Source of the DNA: Intoshia linei
Lineage: Eukaryota; Animalia; Orthonectida
Length of the DNA stretch: 51,461 nucleotides
Reading direction: 5' to 3'
Assembly (NCBI GenBank): GCA_001642005.1
Contig: LWCA01000118.1
Location: 1-51,461, forward strand
A program made the position numbers and the translations under genes. Numbering within the stretch: the first letter of the stretch is position 1; each line of letters opens with the position of its first letter. Shown piece after piece: positions 48,097-51,461 of the stretch. The notes beneath the pieces were generated by a model. That model was not told the DNA's origin. It searched no databases and worked only from the letters and a program-made list of their open reading frames with translations.

Positions 48097-50402
48097 CAGT
48101 CAAACCTGGTCAATATGAACAGCTGTGTACCAGTTTTTAACGCCGTTCAAATTAGGAACTAATATGAACAAGGTTATGTTGTTATGATAATCTAGGGGAA
48201 AAATCGTTATTTAAAATATATGTTAGGAATTTATTTTATGATATAAATTTAATATGAGTTAATAATTTATTAATATACAATTAAAATATCATTACATTTT
48301 GTATTACAATNTTAAATTAATTTCTAATTTGTAAATATGAACACAATTATATATTCAGTCTGAAATTCAGATAAGATTATTCACTTGACAATCACTTGTA
48401 AGCGAAATATATGTGTATAAATGTTTAAATTAAATCAATTTATATACACATAACTCGGGCAGATTTTCATTTGACTAGTAATAAATCTAGATTAAATTTA
48501 TATAGCAGTTACATCTAAAATTTTATGAGAAATTATTTATATCTTAGTTATGTCAATTTAAATATCGTTACAAAAAATTTTAATCTTCATTTTCTATTTA
48601 TAATTTTCAGATTTAGTTTATAATTACCATCAAACCTGGTCAATATGAACAGCTGTGTACCAGTTTTCGACGCCGTTCAAATTAAAAACTAATATGAAAA
48701 AGGTTATGTTGTTATGATAATCTAGGGGGAAAATCGTAACTTAAAATATTTGTTAGGAATTTATTTTATGATATAAGTTAATAATTTATTAATATACAAT
48801 TAAAATATTACATTTTGTATTACATTGAATTATCTAAATTCTTTGCTTGTACGTAATGAAGTCAGTTATTTTTAATTTTCTTTTACTTTTTTTTAAGTTA
48901 TATGATCAATTATTAGCCAGATGTCTTCCATTTTGTCTGGTAAATTTTTTTGAAAAAATTTTTCAAGTTCAGTTATTATTACTCGAAAAATTCAGTTATA
49001 TAAAAAATAAATAACTTAAAAATAATAAAATAACTTAAAAAAAGTAAAAAGAATCATCATCAATAGGATTATAATCAAAGCAAGCCACATCTTCATAACA
49101 CTCATTTAGGGGTGTAAAAAATTTAACCTTTGCGTTTTCAAAGCAATTACTTATGGTTTCACTTTTGACACTTATCCAGGCTTTCGCAATCCAAACTATT
49201 GATTAATATATTAATTTGTTTACACCATTCCTCTTGATTGGTGTTCTCTGATTCGAAGTTCATTGATTTCGCTAACAGTGTTTTGTATTTATCCTTAAAA
49301 TTTTTTATAATTCCTTGGTCCAAAGGCTGCAGTAATGAAGGTCGTATTTGGTGGAAAGTAAAATAATTCAACATTACTCAACAATATATCCTTAGGATGA
49401 ACAGAAGCATTGTCCAATAAAAGTAAAATTTTCCTATCTTCTATCATCATCATGTGATTAATATTATGTAACCATTCTTGAAAGATATGCAATGTCATCC
49501 AAGATTTTTGGTTTGCATAATAAGATACGGGAAACTTTTGTCTATCAAATTTTTTTAAACATCTAGGGTTTTTCGATTTTCCTATTATGAATGGTTTTAA
49601 TTTTTCCCTTAACAAATTAATTGCAAATAAAATAATAATTCTATTTATGGCAAATTTTCCACTGGCCTTATCGGCCTTTGATATTGTGTACGTTCGAGTC
49701 AAAGAGCACTTATAAAAAAGGCCCGTTTCATAGCAATTGAATATATTTTTACGGTCACATTCTTTTAATTTCGCTAAATATGCTTCTTAATAAGCAGCCG
49801 TTTGATGCTTTAAAATTTTGATATATAGAAAACTTTGAAATTTGTAACGCTTTTTGTTTTAAAATTTCTCCACTAACACTTATATTTCGTGTTCGTTGAA
49901 TTTGAAACCACTCGTACAGAATATCATGTACTTGACTTCCCGACCTTAAATGAGGTTTACGTTTACTATTAAGTCATTTAGTATAGAGTACTTATGTTTT
50001 AAAATATTGTGTACGGTTCCTGCAGATATATCATGTTTGGCAGCTAAAAATCTCTGAGAACAATTGGCATCGTCTTTCAATGATTCTAATAATTTTCTTT
50101 TGTCATTCAGAAATAAATCTTTTCTTTTTCGCTTATTATTTTTATTTTTAATGTTCATATTAAAAAAATAAAAATATAATAAAATCAGTATAAATGTGAC
50201 AGTAAAATATAATAACGCCCAAAATTAAATCAAAATAATTTTATTTTATATAAACTCATGTTCAGTGTACAAAATAAAAAAATTCATATAAAACAAATCA
50301 CTTTTCATAATGTTTCTATACAAAAAAATCAATATTTATTAAGTTTGTTCAAATTAAGCTGTATTCATATTGAACAGGATTCATATTGAACAAGTTTGAC
50401 TA
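48097..50402 (-). mobile_element. pogo/Tigger DNA transposon with disrupted transposase
   Basis: TIRs CAGTCAAACCTGGTCAATATGAA / TTCATATTGAACAAGTTTGACT with TA flanks. Broken ORFs give the HTH (SQRFLAAKHDISAGTVHNILK) and DDE_1 motifs (IIGKSKNPRC, KSWMT, LLLLDNASVH, FPPNTT, LQPLDQGII). Confidence 0.92.
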
Positions 50403-51049
50403 TAGTTACAAAACAGTAGTTAAAAAATTGATGTGTGAAAATTTTGGAGCAGCTAACGAATGAATGAAAATGAAGAAAGATATTCATTTACAATATTAAT
50501 TAACAAAAAAATAAACAAATTAAACGAAATATAAATAGATTAAAATATACAAATGTATACCACATTTTGTATTTCATTCCACACATGCTGCAAAGTATAA
50601 TGTTCTTGTATTTTTGAATATTTCTAATATTAAAATACATAAAAACTATCATATAAAATACCAAATTGATAATTTTAATAATTATGGAATGTAAAAACAA
50701 CACATCTTTGCATTTGCTTAATATAGATGTAAACATTTTTAATAATAATTTATTGCAATCTTTTTTACCAACTTTATCTCTAAAATATAATATCAAAACA
50801 ATAGAGCATTCTTCGAAGAATGAAGGCAGTAGCACATAGCTGAACCAACCGTACACGAGACACCTCCTCGGGAGAGACGGTTATGGAGGGTGATGTGGTT
50901 GTGAGTCAACTCGACATTACATTACATTTATAATTACATATCCATAATTGATCGTGTAGAATTTTTGACAATATTTTCCAAACATGATTTTAAATCAGTC
51001 AAAACTTGCTAAATAAAAATAATTACATCTCATATTATTATATACCAGA

Positions 51050-51085
51050 CTAGTCTAAGCTGCGGCCATGGGCCGCAGAATAAAT
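51050..51085 (-). mobile_element. Helitron-like 3' terminus of a second family
   Basis: Minus strand reads CTGCGGCCCATGGCCGCAG (GC hairpin), CTTAGA, CTAG|T. Confidence 0.55.
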
Positions 51086-51207
51086 TAATTAAAATAATTA
51101 AAAAAATTATTTATCGAATTTTTAGTTTCAATCATTAATATTCATTTATAATTATTTCCATTTCTATAATGTAAAAGCAATTAGTTTACATAACCTTCTA
51201 ATTATCA

Positions 51208-51360
51208 CAGAGCCGTTTTAGGGCATGGGCAATATAAGCTGTAGCCCAGGGCCACTCATTAAAAAGGCCCCCAAATTATTAAAAGTACGTTACATTTATA
51301 TCTTCAAAAGAGGCCCCCAATTTATTAAAAAATACTTCACATTTATATCTCAAAAAATAA
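51208..51360. mobile_element. hAT-like MITE left end with a tandem duplication of about 46 bp
   Basis: CAGAGCCGTTTTAGGGCATGGGC...GCCCAGGGCC terminus; two copies of AGGCCCCCAA.TTATTAAAA...ACATTTATATCT. Confidence 0.5.
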
Positions 51361-51461
51361 TTCAAATAGCTAGAAAGAAAACAGTTTAAAGAATCAAAGT
51401 TCTGTGCAATGTTAAATGTGATGTCGAATGATGAGTTGAATACTTCATGTGATAATCTTAC

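Noticed and set aside
50500-50856. 118-aa minus-strand ORF
   Set aside because: Low complexity with a GTG start. It may include real exons, but no consistent gene model could be built.

Overview
This is very AT-rich eukaryotic (animal) genomic DNA with GT-AG introns in two size classes: tiny (32-51 nt) and longer ones (0.3-3.4 kb) mostly filled with transposons. The compaction and protein divergence suggest a reduced parasitic invertebrate such as an orthonectid (Intoshia-like); that is inference only. The left half is a dense housekeeping block: CCT6 (3' part), LSG1, ATP synthase subunit e, TRAPPC1, CCT4, a stand-alone FOXK-type FHA gene and MED13. The right half is TE-rich and holds an orphan gene, a hemopexin-only secreted protein with a GPI-like tail, two orphan surface-protein genes each with one reading-frame lesion, and a divergent actin. 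Mobile DNA includes piggyBac, hAT, Tc1/mariner, pogo/Tigger, Helitron and CR1-like LINE relics, often nested, plus a dispersed 29-bp minisatellite. The best leads are a G.U-rich structured island in a CCT6 intron, the FHA-only and hemopexin-only genes, an altered GPKG loop in CCT4, and the 29-bp repeat. All gene models were spliced by eye; no searches or folding programs were run.
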